Of a DNA stretch of 64,000 nt, positions 51,686-64,000 are shown one piece after another (the stretch's first letter is position 1; each line of letters starts with the position of its first letter). This DNA is from Octopus sinensis. Lineage: Eukaryota. The notes under the pieces were generated by a model that searched no databases, was not told where the DNA came from, and saw nothing but the letters and a program-made list of their open reading frames with translations. The position numbers and the translations under genes were made by a program. The stretch lies in the NCBI RefSeq assembly GCF_006345805.1, contig NC_043004.1, positions 32,116,001-32,180,000 of the forward strand, written 5' to 3'.

Positions 51686-54637
51686 TTAAGCAGCACAAGC
51701 AGTCAGCACCATATTGGATGAGATCTTGCAGCAGCCATTGCCATCTCTGAGACTGGAGTGAGACCTCACCTGCATCCATGCGCGAGATCACAAGGAGGCT
51801 TGCAATGGCAAACTGGATATAAGGGCCCAACAAAAACAGATTCATTCTCTTTTCACCACAAGCGCTTACTAAGCACACTTCACTGGCTGGGTCTCCAAGC
51901 TAGTCCTGTCTGCATGTTGTATCTCCAGAGGCAATGGGCCCACGTTAATGGAGAACGCAACCAACAAGATATGGTACAGAGTTGACAAAATGAACATGAG
52001 TCAAAATCAGTTCTTCATAATATATTTATTAATTTAGAAAAACATACAAGACACATTGGTCTGGTAGAGTAAAAAATGTAGGAAAATAGGGATTCTTTCA
52101 CAATATCATATAAGTGTGTTTTTTTTTATTGAGATGAATTTCCCATGTGGTGATAAATGCGGATATATTAGTGTTAACATACATATTTTTCTGATAGTCA
52201 GATAGTCAAAACAGAATCAGCCAATATTATTTGCATGAAAGAAATTCTGTTAGTCTTTGGTGATTGTATTAGCTGGAGAAAAAATTTCATTTGTGGTCAT
52301 GCTTCATTGCTCATGACTCTACCAGCTACTACTGTCTTCACTTGTCAACAGCATCTTGTCTTCCAGACTTCTTACTGATTACAGGAATCAGCTCAGGGCT
52401 CACTGACTGCGAATTAAATCCAATCTGTCTACCTTTACTTGAGTTTAGCCTGCTGTATATGACTAATTATTGGTTGCAAATTACAAATTTGATTGGACAG
52501 ATTTGTGCTGATATCATCACATCTATGAGTTGTTTTGACCAGATTCCAAAAATTCCCACTTGTTTACAAAGAAAGCTATTGGTTAGATTTTTGGTGATTT
52601 TCTTTTTTATCTTTAGAAACCATAAGGTTCCAAGTTCAAATCACAATATAGATCTGCTACATTGGCAACTGAAAAGACATAGTCATGGTCAAAATACAAA
52701 ACAATGCCAAGAATTTTCTAAAGATTTGTTTACTACTCATCTACAAGAATTTCATAGCAACAAATTCACATCTACCATTTCTGTAATCTAATTTTCTGGG
52801 CATATCACTATAACATTGTGTATATTGTAATTTCTGTTGTTAAAATGATTTTAAAAATACTAAAACTTAAGATCTCAATTTCTACAAATCATATAAATAT
52901 CAGCTCCCCCACCCATCTTTTTTTTTGCTCCTATTCTTGATAAATTCAGCTCCTTTTGAAAGTTTTTATTTGAGAAACACTACTAACAACATGTCTGTAA
53001 CAGGCTAAAACTTATACACACTTGATTCACAGCAGTAGGCAGTGGTTTGTAGCAGCTGCAAATGAAGCACAGTACTGAATGACCTTAATTTATTATTATT
53101 TAATTATGAAGAACCCTCACACACATACACCTCCAGCAACATGCACATGTTTGTGTGTAATACGACTAACAAAGCAGAAACTTCAAAGAGTAAAACATGC
53201 AACCACTTCCAACACCATATGCATTGTTCTTTCATTTTGCCCTGCTGTCGTGGTTTGGCAAATACACATTGAGTCATTGTGATACAGATGGATGCTCTTT
53301 CTGTCATTAACCCATGCCTGTTTTTTCAAGTAAGAGTTCTCTTATTTCACACATCTTTAAAGCCACAAAACCAGTTCTTTACTTTGTGTTGTTCCCATCC
53401 ATTCAACAGAAATTGAGTACCAGCGGCACCCAGAGACTAAAACTACAATAGACTGGAATCCAGTTAGAGATCTTGTAATTTTAGCCTAAATGCCTTGGAA
53501 ATCTGGCTTAGCTTTGATCTCAGAGCCCCATAGGCTGAACTACTAAGTTACAGGCTGCAAGCACAGCAAGATCGGTTGTCAAGCGATGGTGGAGGTACAA
53601 ACACAGACTTGAAACCTTGATGTATAACTACATGCATGTATGTATGCAGAATAGCTGAAATGGTATGGTATTACTAAAACTGGATAGGCAGATGGATTTC
53701 CATCAGTTTCAACAACAAGGATTCAGTTGTTTGATCAGCTTGCTCATTGAATTCTTACTTCACAGTTCAGTGGTTAGTAGCAATAAAAATTATTGTTCCA
53801 ACCTAAAACCTCTCAACCAAGTCCTCTTCCTCCTCTCTAATCTATTAATTAGCATGCAGTTAATTAACTGTTCAGTCTGTAGACCAGAACCACTAAATCT
53901 CTTGAATGCATTCAGTAGAAAACAAGTTTTCAAATAGAAACATATTTCACTAATGAACTCCTTTTCATTTAGTAATTCTGATTTCTCCAAGGACAAAAGA
54001 TGTTTATTGAAGTGTTTAGCTTTGTGAGATGGGCGAGGATAAGTATCATTTATTATTTATATATTATATGAAGCTGGCCAACTGGTAAAATTGTTAACAT
54101 GCTGGGTAAAATGTTTAGAGGTATTTCATCCCATCTTTACATTGAGTTCAAATTTCAGCAAGGTTGACTTCGCCTTTAATCCTTTTGGGGTTAATGAGAT
54201 AAGTACAAGTTAAGCACCAGGATTGATGTAATCGACTAACCCCAGCCCCTAAAATTTCAGGCTTTGTGTCTATAGTAGAAATTTTTGTTGTGTCTTGCAA
54301 CCTTTTCAATATTATTTATATATTATTGTTATTATTGCCTTTCATCTTTCCATGGTCAATAAAATAAGTATTAGGATCAACATAGTGCCCTCCTAAATAC
54401 AGCAGTTATTTTGAATAGGTTGAAAGAGAGGACATACAGAGACTTGCTGAAGATAGGTGATAATGCCAACCTCCTCAAAATGTTACAAGAATAGCAGACT
54501 GGTAAGAATGAATATTATGACATGATGTGAGATATGAGAGACAGACAGACAGACAGAAATGGTAATGAAGGTACATGTGTTTCATGAATGAGAGTGAAAA
54601 AGAGAAAGATACCCTACTCTTCTGTGGCACACACATG

Positions 54638-54928
54638 CAGTGGTGGACTGGCCAGGTTGCCAGCTTGCCCAATGGCAAGTGGGCCCCTGCACCATTAGAA
54701 TCCATATATGGGGGGGGGGTTAGTATCTAAGGGGCCCATCCCCTCAAGTTTGAGCGTTCTTTATTCACTCCTGGAAGAATGAATTAATTATTTCAGCCTG
54801 GTTGTGTTTGTAAACAGTTGAAAAGAATACTTTTAACAAAAAAAAAAAATTAAATGATAGCATTGTAGTTGTGGGTGGGTCTCCTTAGTCTCCTGGCAAC
54901 CAATATTTTTAGATCAAGTCTGCCACTG
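54638..54928. mobile_element. hAT-type MITE
   Basis: TIRs cagtggtggactgg / tcaagtctgccactg; flanks cacacatg / cacacaca. Confidence 0.6.
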
Positions 54929-55020
54929 CACACACACACACACACATTGCATTTCTATCTCCCGTTCAGAATCTTTGATATATCTTAATTAATTGCTATT
55001 TTGTTTTATTACTAACTACA

Positions 55021-55412
55021 GAGTATACTCTTTTACTTGTTTCAGTCATTTGACTGCGGCCATGCTGGAGCACCACCTTTAATCGAGCAACTCGACCCCG
55101 GGACTTATTCTTTTGTAAGCCCAGTACTTATTCAATCGGTCTCTTTTGCCGAACCGCTAAGTAACGGGGACATAAACACACCAGCATCGGTTGTCAAGCA
55201 ATGCTAGGGGGACAAACACAGACACACAAACACACACATATATATATATATACATATATACGACAGGCTTCTTTCAGTTTCCGTCTACCAAATCCACTCA
55301 CAAGGCTTTGGTCGGCCCAGGGCTATAGCAGAAGACACTTGCCCAAGGTACCACGTAGTGGGACTGAACCCGGAACCATGAGGTTGGTAAACAAGCTACT
55401 TACCACACAAGC
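55021..55412 (-). mobile_element. CORE-like tRNA-SINE (also 63425-63776 -, 63810-63950 -, 56235-56365 +)
   Basis: Reverse complement of the 50369 copy over its length. Confidence 0.88.
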
Positions 55413-56110
55413 CAACTCTGTATTTATTGGCAGACAATAAACACTTTATCTGTATATAAAATATTTTTGCAGATAGAAAAAGGTCAGCGACTAGCTGGGC
55501 AGTTTCAATCCATGTACTGGGATGTCAAAAATAACTGTGTACCCTTCTTAACCATTTACCAACACACTGGCTAGTTGGAGAGACTAATTTGCATTCTTGG
55601 CAGCTAGTTTCATTAACAAATTTTTGTTGATTTAGCAGTGTTTTGTTTCATTGCTAAATACCACCACCACCACCACAACTACCACATACAAATTTTCATA
55701 CCATATCCTCCATCTTTTATTCAACCTCTTCTTTATCTCCTCTCACCACTCCTTTTCTTCCTGTCTTCTGTTTCTTTCTGTTTGTCCTCTCTCCTTTCTG
55801 ATTTTATCTCCCCTTGTCTCCTCTTCACCCACCACCCCCCGCTGCCTATGTGTCCAGCCACAGGCCACTGTTCACACGTTAGTCTTCACTAGAACATCAA
55901 TCTAAACGTTACCTCAATAGTCCACATGTTTGTCTATCATAAATTGAAGCCCAATATCCAGAGTTAAGAATATCTTTTTATGTCATCACATTGGATCATG
56001 GAGCTGCAAAAATGTGTGTGTATGTCATCGGCCTGTCTGTTTCACTCCCTCTGTTAAGACAGAGGGTGAAAAGAGAGCGTGAGACAGACGGATAGACTCT
56101 GTGTGTGTAT

Positions 56111-56141
<31 letters not shown>

Positions 56142-56429
56142 CATACATGAGAGAGAGAGTGTGGTAGGAGACAGTGTATGAATATGTATGTGAGTATGTA
56201 ATCATAAATGAACATGCAAACATTGATCATATATGCACAAGCATGACTGTATAGTTAATAAGTTTGCTTCCAAATCACATGGTTCCCGGTTTTGTCCCAC
56301 TGCATGATACCTTGGGCAAGTGCTTTCTGTTATAGCTCAAGGCCTACCAAAGCTTTTACCATGTAAGCATGGAAAAGTGGAAGTTAAAACAATTATGATG
56401 ATGAAAGTGTAGTTGCTAGGATAAGAACA

Positions 56430-56640
56430 GGCTGGGCAAAATTTTGAGAGCTTCAACATTAGTTGGTAACTAAGGGTCTCTCCCTTGAAGTGAAAGGCAG
56501 ACTGTATGATGCCTGTGTACATACAGCTATGTTTCATGGCAGTGAAACATAGGCTTTGACTACTGAGGACTTGCAAAAACTTGAAAGAAAGGAAGCTAGC
56601 ATGCTCCACAGGATGGGTAATGTCAGTGTGCATGCACAAC
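56430..56640 (+). mobile_element. RTE RT C-terminal fragment
   Basis: Translation LVTKGLSLEVKGRLYDACVHTAMFHGSET*AL...LERKEASMLH. Confidence 0.8.
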
Positions 56641-57032
56641 AAAGCATAAATGATTTAAGATGATGATACATTTATAATTGGTTTCCATACAGTTTCCACA
56701 TACCAACTCCATACACGAGGCATTGGTTAGTCGAAGACTACAGTAGAAGATATTTTCTCAAGGTGAAATAGTGAGATAGAACTCAAGGCCATGTGGCAAT
56801 AAAATGAACTTCTATCATTACACATCTACGGTTCTATAAAATGGAAGATTTTGCTAGGAAGAAAGGAACAATCTCAAATTGCATAAATCAAAAGCAAAAT
56901 AAATCAAGGCAGGTATAAAAAATATCATTTTTGTCTATGATCACACAATATCTTTATATGAGCTACAAAAATATACAGTTTCAGGATTCATAGTAGGGGT
57001 ATAAGAATCAATAAACTATGACAGCCACAGTT

Positions 57033-57199
57033 CTACCACCACCTTTCAATTTGAATATGATCTGAGTCAACCTCCAAATTAATCAGAATTTTCTCCATGT
57101 CATCAATAAAGCCGACAGGACCACAAATATATACTTGGCAGTTTTTCTTATCAATCAATTTGAATGCTTCTTCAATATCAGCAGTGGTCATTCGATGAG
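57033..57199 (-). CDS. OXNAD1: OXNAD1 terminal coding exon (...VYICGPVGFIDDMEKILINLEVDSDHIQIERWW*)
   Basis: Strong polypyrimidine acceptor ttgtttttcacag at 57200, phase 1 matching the upstream exon. Contains the FNR YxCGP motif and the OXNAD1-type E-x-W-W-stop terminus; TAG at 57035-57033. Confidence 0.92.
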
Positions 57200-57869
57200 C
57201 TGTGAAAAACAATAAAGAAAAGAAGGAAATAACTCTGGAAATCTCTCTTTGTAAAATGTAAGCCAAGAAGAGGATATAAATTTTTGTTAAATATATGTAG
57301 ATCTAAGAAAAACCAATGAAAAGATGAACAGAAGTAATAAGAAAAATTGGAAAAAATATTAGGAAGAAAATAGAAGAATCTAGAATATCTTCACACACAT
57401 CACTCAGATGCCATTATTCTTCACACAATGCAGAGGGTTGCCTATCTTTCTTTTGTAGGTGGTAAACACATGCCATATAGTTTAACCCAATCACTTGACC
57501 CACAGATGTTTTTAGAAGACTTCACGGTGTAGCAAGCATTCAGAACAGTAAGGATTTACCATTCTATCAACATACTGTCACTGTTTACACTTCTATTTCT
57601 ACAAGATACCAAAAAATCAAAACTAAACCAACTTGACAATTTTTCTTCCTCCAACAACCATGGACTTTTTCCAACAAAGATTCATGCAAACCTACATCAT
57701 ATTCTCTAAAGAGTTGGATTGTTGATAGGGATTAATAATTGTATGCCTTAGAGAGGGATATGATGTATATTTGCATAAATGTTGGTTGGACCAAAGTCCA
57801 TGGATGTTAGAGGAAAGAAAACCATCCAGTCAATTTAGTTCTGATTTTTGACATCACCACCTCTGAAGA

Positions 57870-58530
57870 AAAAACACAAGCATTACTCACGTCAAGAAAA
57901 AATCCTCACACTGCATTCCCTTAATTGATGAACAGCATGCAACTTGAGCTCTCATGGTTGCTTCAAATATTAGGCCTCACTGCCACCAAAGATTTCTCTT
58001 GGTCAAAGCACATCCTAAAAAGAGGCCCATCTATTCAGAACTGGAAAATATTTCAGTCTCCAACAATTACTGACTTTCTCCAAAGTCAAGTGAAAGCCAG
58101 AATGGAATATTTCTCCATCTGAAACAGTTCTGCTATTGAACACAGATATCCCAAAGTTGCATTCAGAGAATCTTCTCTTGACTGATAGACATAAAATCAC
58201 TCACAGACACATTTCCTCCTGAGGCCCAAAGACATGTTGTCTCATCTTTCTGTAATACTACAATGATCTCTCTAGCAATACTACAATGGCCTCTCCTTGT
58301 CAGAGCTGGCTGGGCTCATGTCACAACCACCCAGATATTTCTGATTCAATCTTTTCTCCTCCTCTCATCACCCTTGTTGTATCTAACAGTCCTTTATCAG
58401 TTCCACACTAACCACTACATCCAGTCCTTCCCCACAAGAACATGATTCCTCTGAAGCTCCATGTCTTCTGCCTTTCCTATAGATGTTGATTTGCAACAAT
58501 TTGAGCAAACATTAACAGAATCCGTATCAC
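57870..58530 (+). mobile_element. L2/Crack/Daphne-type LINE RT end within the OXNAD1 last intron
   Basis: Translation LQILGLTATKDFSWSKHI...VKARMEY...HTNHYIQSFPTRT...AFPIDVDLQQF. Confidence 0.7.
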
Positions 58531-58699
58531 CAGTCTTTGAAGGTTTATGAAGATCTTGAGTACTGCTCCTTCCACCAGACCCAGCAAATGAAAAATAAAA
58601 GAGAATTGTGAATTGATGGAATGTAAACCAGTGGCTTCAGTGTCTAGTGATAAAAAGACTAAAGTTATGATTATTGGTGAGGACAGCAGTAAGTCTGGT

Positions 58700-59280
58700 C
58701 AAAGGGACAAACTCTGGAGATCGTTGATTCATTCAAGCAGCAGGGCAGAAACATTGTTAAAGAAGGAAACTCAGAAAGTGATGTGAAGAAGCGATATGGT
58801 AAAGCTGCATCTATCTTCCAGTACCTGAAGGCTGTATGGTCCAACTACTCCATCAACCCAGGCACCAAACCCCACCTGTACACATTCATTGTTATGCCAG
58901 CAGTAATTTGTGCTTGTGAAACTTTGAAAAAGACCACCAAAATCAATAACATTACAGATGTCTTTCACAGACATTGTCTTAGGACCATACTAAGAATTTC
59001 TTGGTGTGATCACATCATGAATGAAGGAGTTATAAAGATGGACAGGTTGAGCAATTTACAGGTTAACATCACCATGAGATGGTGTGGAGGCTCAGCCAGA
59101 TGTTATGCATACCTACAAAGAGACTGTGAGGCTCTCATGAGTAGAAACTAAAGAATTAATATAGGAAGGTGAGGTAGAACTGTGTAAACCTGGTTGAGGA
59201 CAGCTGAGGAGGACCTGGCAGGTATGGGCCTGGTCAGGAAGCAGATTCATGCTAGGACTTGTGACCATACTAGGTGGAAA
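58700..59280 (+). mobile_element. RTE RT C-terminal remnant within the OXNAD1 last intron
   Basis: Translation RYGKAASIFQYLKAVW...TKPHLYTFIVMPAVICACET...FHRHCLRTILRISWCDHIMNE. Confidence 0.85.
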
Positions 59281-59436
59281 TCTTTTGTTGCCCAAAGCTC
59301 CAATGGAGAGTGGGGGTGCGGACTAAGACTAAGGCTTCCGAGTCAATCCCTGAACTTGTAGCACCATTGTAATCATACAAAAAGAAATGTAGTAAAGCCA
59401 TTAAAACAAAAAGAAAATATAAAAAAGCTGACTGAC

Positions 59437-59527
59437 CAGCAATGTCATCAGTTTTAGATTCCTCTTGGGTCACAAAATAACGGCAGTGAATGTTGTCATG
59501 TTTCTTCTGTAGCAAATCTAAATCATC
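59437..59527 (-). CDS. OXNAD1: OXNAD1 penultimate coding exon (DDLDLLQKKHDNIHCRYFVTQEESKTDDIA)
   Basis: Acceptor ttctaccag at 59528 and donor G|GTCAGT at 59436. The exon is 91 nt, phase 0 in and phase 1 out, joining the flanking exons in frame. Confidence 0.88.
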
Positions 59528-60059
59528 CTGGTAGAAAGTAAAGAACAGAACTGAAGAAAATGTAGGTGCAATATTCAATAGCAGAAGCTGCTACACTGAT
59601 GTTTGTATGTTATTGGTAGTAAATTATGGATTAGACGGGGGACACAACATTTTCCAGTGATTATTTGCTATTGACCTTCAGAATGAAGGAACATCTATGA
59701 GCTCTAGTTTTCTCTATCCTATCTAACTTCAATAAATTATACTTGCCACATTACATAAGATCTTCCTTCACCAATCTCTACTTTAACAATTGGTAACCCA
59801 ACATCATCTTTTGTTACTTTTAGATCCTTTGTTAACATATTTATATTGAAGTACACTACCTTTGTTTTAATTAATTTTGAAGATAATAAAGAATTTAGGA
59901 AGATAACCTTAGTAAAATGTCATAATTAATCTGGTGTTTAGAACTTTATTTAACGCAAAATTTTGAAGCAATGTTATAATTTAGATCAATTAAAAACAGG
60001 AAGCTTGTAACATAGAACAAATTATGGTCTAAGGCTGGGTGGTACCAAAACAGTTTAAT

Positions 60060-60260
60060 TTCTCACATTATACATAAGTGAAAACAATGATTATTACCAA
60101 AGAAGATTTGGCTATGGGACATGTGTCTGCCAAGTTTGTGCCAAAACTGCTTTCAGTTGACCAAAAGGACACTCGGGTTTCAGTTGCACAAGATCTCCTT
60201 GATTGTGTCGAGACTGATGAAAACTTTTTGAAAACTTTGCAAAGGCCTATGAGCAGGTAC
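60060..60260 (+). mobile_element. Mariner transposase HTH-region remnant within an OXNAD1 intron
   Basis: Translation EDLAMGHVSAKFVPKLLSVDQKDTRVSVAQDLLDCVETDENFLKT. Confidence 0.8.
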
Positions 60261-60938
60261 TGCCAAGCTTTTGGCAAAATTTGATGCAGAATCTCTGCTC
60301 AACTTCCTCTGCGATGGTCAATGCAATGATCACATGCTACACACCTTCCTTCCAAGCACTGCTGTAAACAATGGAAGTGAGCTAGAACATTAAAACTTAG
60401 TGCACAAGCACAGCAGAGTTCAAGGTCAATCTGTGCTAAGCAGCTTTAACAGGCAAAATGCTTAGCAGCATTTAGTCTGCACTTATGTTCATATTCTGTC
60501 AAGATCAACTTTGTCCTTCATCCCTTCAGGGTCAGTAAAATAAGTATCAGTTGAGCACTGGGTTTGATGTAATTGATTTAACACTCTCCCCAAAACTGCT
60601 GGTTTTGGGCAAAAATTTGAAAGCAATATATAAGAATACACTATTATACAAAGACAAGCATTGCAAACTGTAACACTTTTTTGAAGATGCATAAATAGCA
60701 AAATGCTCTTTCTCCTTGAATAGTTCCAACAGTGTAAGGTTGTTGATGCTATGTGTGAAAATATTTTATATATCTAAAAGGGATTAGCAGAAGTTACAAA
60801 GAGATTGAGACATTAGCATTTAGCAAATATATCAAACTTCTGCTGATTATTAATAAAGAATATATATACTCATGTTTTGAGTTCTATTTTTCTCTTAGTA
60901 TCACTAAATGTGAGTATGTGAGGATGTGTGCGTGTGCT

Positions 60939-60996
<58 letters not shown>

Positions 60997-61044
60997 AAAA
61001 CCAAATTAATAAAAGCAAAAGCAAAGAAAATGTGTAAATGTTAC

Positions 61045-61293
61045 CTTAAATAAAAGCTCTGATGCAGTACTTGAGGAATACAAAAGAAGAGTGTTTCCTG
61101 GTTGATAACCTGAAGAATTTTCAGTAGATTGCTTTGCTAAGTTGAAGTCTGCAACTCGATTCATGATACTACAAAGTGGATTGACTCCAATTCCTCCACC
61201 AATTAGAAGCAAATCTTGGCTTGAGTCTTCTGGTTTGGGGTCATAGAAAACCTCACCACCAAAGGAGATGGAAACTGTATTGCCAACAGCACA
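61045..61293 (-). CDS. OXNAD1: Oxidoreductase NAD-binding domain-containing protein 1 (FNR-like), internal exon
   Basis: Encodes CAVGNTVSISFGGEVFYDPKP...LLLIGGGIGVNPLCSIM...LLLYSSSTASELLFK, which carries the FNR NAD-binding GGxGxxP motif and resembles OXNAD1 from memory. Acceptor tttcag at 61294, donor AAG|GTAAC at 61044; 249 nt, phase 0/0. Confidence 0.92.
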
Positions 61294-63949
61294 CTGAAAC
61301 ATCCAAAGTGAGAGATGAATGTCTGGTGAAGCTATTACTGAAAATAATTGCTGAAAATACTGTTGGTGATAGAATAATACCTGGGATCAAATTATGACAA
61401 TGATGACAACACTCTTCTTTTAGAGGCACCAGCACAAGTGAAATCAGATGACTATGCAGCTTGCAAGACTAAGAGTCCTTTTGACAGAGTGGGGCTACAG
61501 TAGAGGGGAAAGCAGGTTTATGCTATGTGATGAAAGGTTAAAGTATGAAGAAAGGGACCAAAGCATGTTTCTTGCTGTAGAGGAGATAAATAGCTATCTT
61601 GCATTATACAAAACCAGATGAAGTGAATTGCCCCATAGGTGGACAAGAATGACAAATATCAATGTTTCACTGTTATTTTAGCTCATCAGTACAGCATAGT
61701 TGAGTCACCCTTAAAACAAATTCAAGTCACTGGTTTGAGGTATACGCAAATAGTGTAGAATCTATCTGCTGATGTGTAATAACATTACTCAAGTAAAACA
61801 AGGTATACAGTGTATACAGCACTGATGAACTGAAATAACGGCAAAATATTAATATGTGCCATTCACATTCACCTACAGGTCAATTTATCTTACCTAGTTT
61901 TGAGGTATTCAGTGTTTTTAACATTCTACATCTTAACAGGACTTTCTGTGGACAAAAAATACTACTGTCTCAAAGTGATCAAACTAAACACATCCATTAA
62001 GTATGTGACATCAACGATGTTTTTACACACACACACACACATACATATACACACACTCACAGATATATATATATATATATATATGCATACACAATAAAAG
62101 CAATTAAGATTCAAGTCAATTCCAATGAATTTACTTGAATGCGGTACTTAACTTAGATGCACCAGAAAACTATATGGTGTTAACCATACAGTAATGTGGG
62201 GTGATTATAAACAAGAAAGAAGCAACAAGAATGGATTAGTTTTTAGTACAATTGTTTCATACAATTAATAAAATAAAATAAAATAAGTTACTAAGACTTC
62301 ATAATTCTATTACAAAATTAAATAAGTAATGCTACTCCCTTGAAAGTAGTATGAGAAATTTCAATATAATAGGCAACTCCCTCACACCTTGTAAACTAAC
62401 TTCTAAGTTTTGACCTGTAGTCTGTCAATGTATAGATAGTAACAAAAATTTAAGACAGTAACAGTAATAAATAAATAAATAAATTTAAATGACCTCTTGT
62501 TAGGATTGCACTTATTTTTTTCTCTTAATGTATTTCCTTTTGATGATAACCTTTGACCCCTCTATCCCTGACCTTGTTATCTCTTTAGATTCTCATATCT
62601 GCTTTCAGCTACGTCAGGTTGGCAATAAATAGCTGTTTACTGGTCAAAAATAATATTCTCCTTATAGTTCTTAGATTCCTGCAAATTCGAAGCCAGCCAG
62701 GCAGTCTACAAATTCTTCTGTGTAGTGGGTCACCTGCGACCCCTTTCCCTCTCAGTTGTCACAGTATACTCTATGTGGGCGTTTTTTCTTTTCTCCCTTC
62801 TTTCCCTTTTTCTTTTTTTCTTTTTCTTTTTTCTTTTCCTTTTTCTTTTTTCTTTTTCTCCTTTTCCTTGTCTCTTTTCTTCTCTTTCCTTTCTTTTCTT
62901 TTCTTTGCTCCACAAAAATTCCTTCAGCCTTTAGAAGTCATAACATAGCAGTCTTGTGAAGAGAACAGTAATGTGACAAATACCTTATCATATAGCATGA
63001 AATTATACCCACCTCATTGTGGATTAACCATGGATAAATTCATCGTCTGTGAGTATGAAATTCCTCCTCATATCTCTGGAAATTTACATCTACACTACGG
63101 ATTAATTCACCTTCTCTGTGAAGCTAATAAGTTTTTTTAAAAACCTGTGATAAGACTGTGCATCATCATTAAAGAACTTCGGAAGTCTGTTTACAACCTA
63201 AATCTGCTTTTAATGAAATTATCTCCAATACTTCATGAGTATAGCCTCACCCACTAAGATGTTTGGAGAACTCATATGTGTTTTAGCTGATGAGTACGGG
63301 ACACTTTTATCTGCTGCAATATTTGCAACTTTTAATAAAGCCTGTCTTTGTATGAAACAATTGTACTAAAAACTAATCCATTCTTGTTGCTTCTTTCTCA
63401 TTTATATGCATACACATATATACTCTTTACTCTCTTTTACTCTTTTATTTGTTTCAGTCATTTGACTGCGGCCATGCTGGAGCACCGCCTTTAGTCGAGC
63501 AAATCGACCCCGGGACTTATTCTTAGTAAGCCTAGTACTTATTCTATCAGTCTCTTTTGCCGAACACTCAAACACAGACATACATATATATATATATATA
63601 TATACATACATATACGACAGGCTTCTTTCAGTTTCCGTCTACCAAATCCACTCACAAGGCTTTGGTCAGCCCGAGGCTATAGTAGAAGGCACTTGCCCAA
63701 GGTGCCACGCAGTGGGACTGAACCTGGAACCATGTGGTTGGTAAGCAAGCTACTTACCACACAGCCATTCCTGCGCTGTATAATATATGTATACACACAC
63801 ATATATTCTCTCAGTTTCTGTCTACCAGTTCCACTCACAAAGCTTTGGTTGGGCCAGGCCTAAGTAGAAGACATTTGCCAACGATGCTACACAATAGAAC
63901 TAAACCTGAAAGCATGTAGCTGGGAAGCAAATTTCTTCACCACACAGCT

Positions 63950-63992
<43 letters not shown>

Positions 63993-64000
63993 TAGTGTCA

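Noticed and set aside
52291-52791. 166-aa plus-strand ORF, and overlapping ORFs at 53665-53996
   Set aside because: No recognisable domain, no convincing splice-phase chain, and atypical composition.
58483-58550. Plus-strand exon-like segment (DVDLQQFEQTLTESVSPVFEGL*)
   Set aside because: It continues the L2/Crack LINE C-terminus (FP...DLQ.F motif) and is better explained as TE.

Overview
AT-rich eukaryotic DNA, almost certainly from a cephalopod (Octopus-like). The assignment is inferred from the SINE/RTE families, the microsatellite density and the splice-site style. The only host gene I can support is the 3' part of OXNAD1 on the minus strand: three coding exons at 61293-61045, 59527-59437 and 57199-57033, with consistent splice phases and a C-terminal ...IQIERWW* end. 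Its 5' exons lie beyond the window. The rest is decayed mobile DNA: mariner and DD37D transposases, CR1/L2, Tx1, RTE and R4/Dong LINE remnants, a truncated Ty3/Gypsy pol, Helitron pieces, Penelope-like (PLE) GIY-YIG fragments, hAT/piggyBac/TA-TSD MITEs, several tRNA-SINE families, and micro- and minisatellites. Most listed ORFs are artefacts of simple repeats. Four things stand out. (i) A cluster of hammerhead-ribozyme (HHR) motifs and fold-back inverted repeats embedded in (TA)n tracts at 11-17.5 kb, including a canonical HHR inside a ~340-nt highly structured, retrozyme-like unit. (ii) A 52-bp minisatellite packed with STAT/GAS-type palindromes. (iii) An RTE 3' UTR concatenated five times, plus a VNTR. 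(iv) A CpG-depletion domain extending ~25 kb beyond the end of OXNAD1. All counts and alignments were made by eye and no databases were searched.
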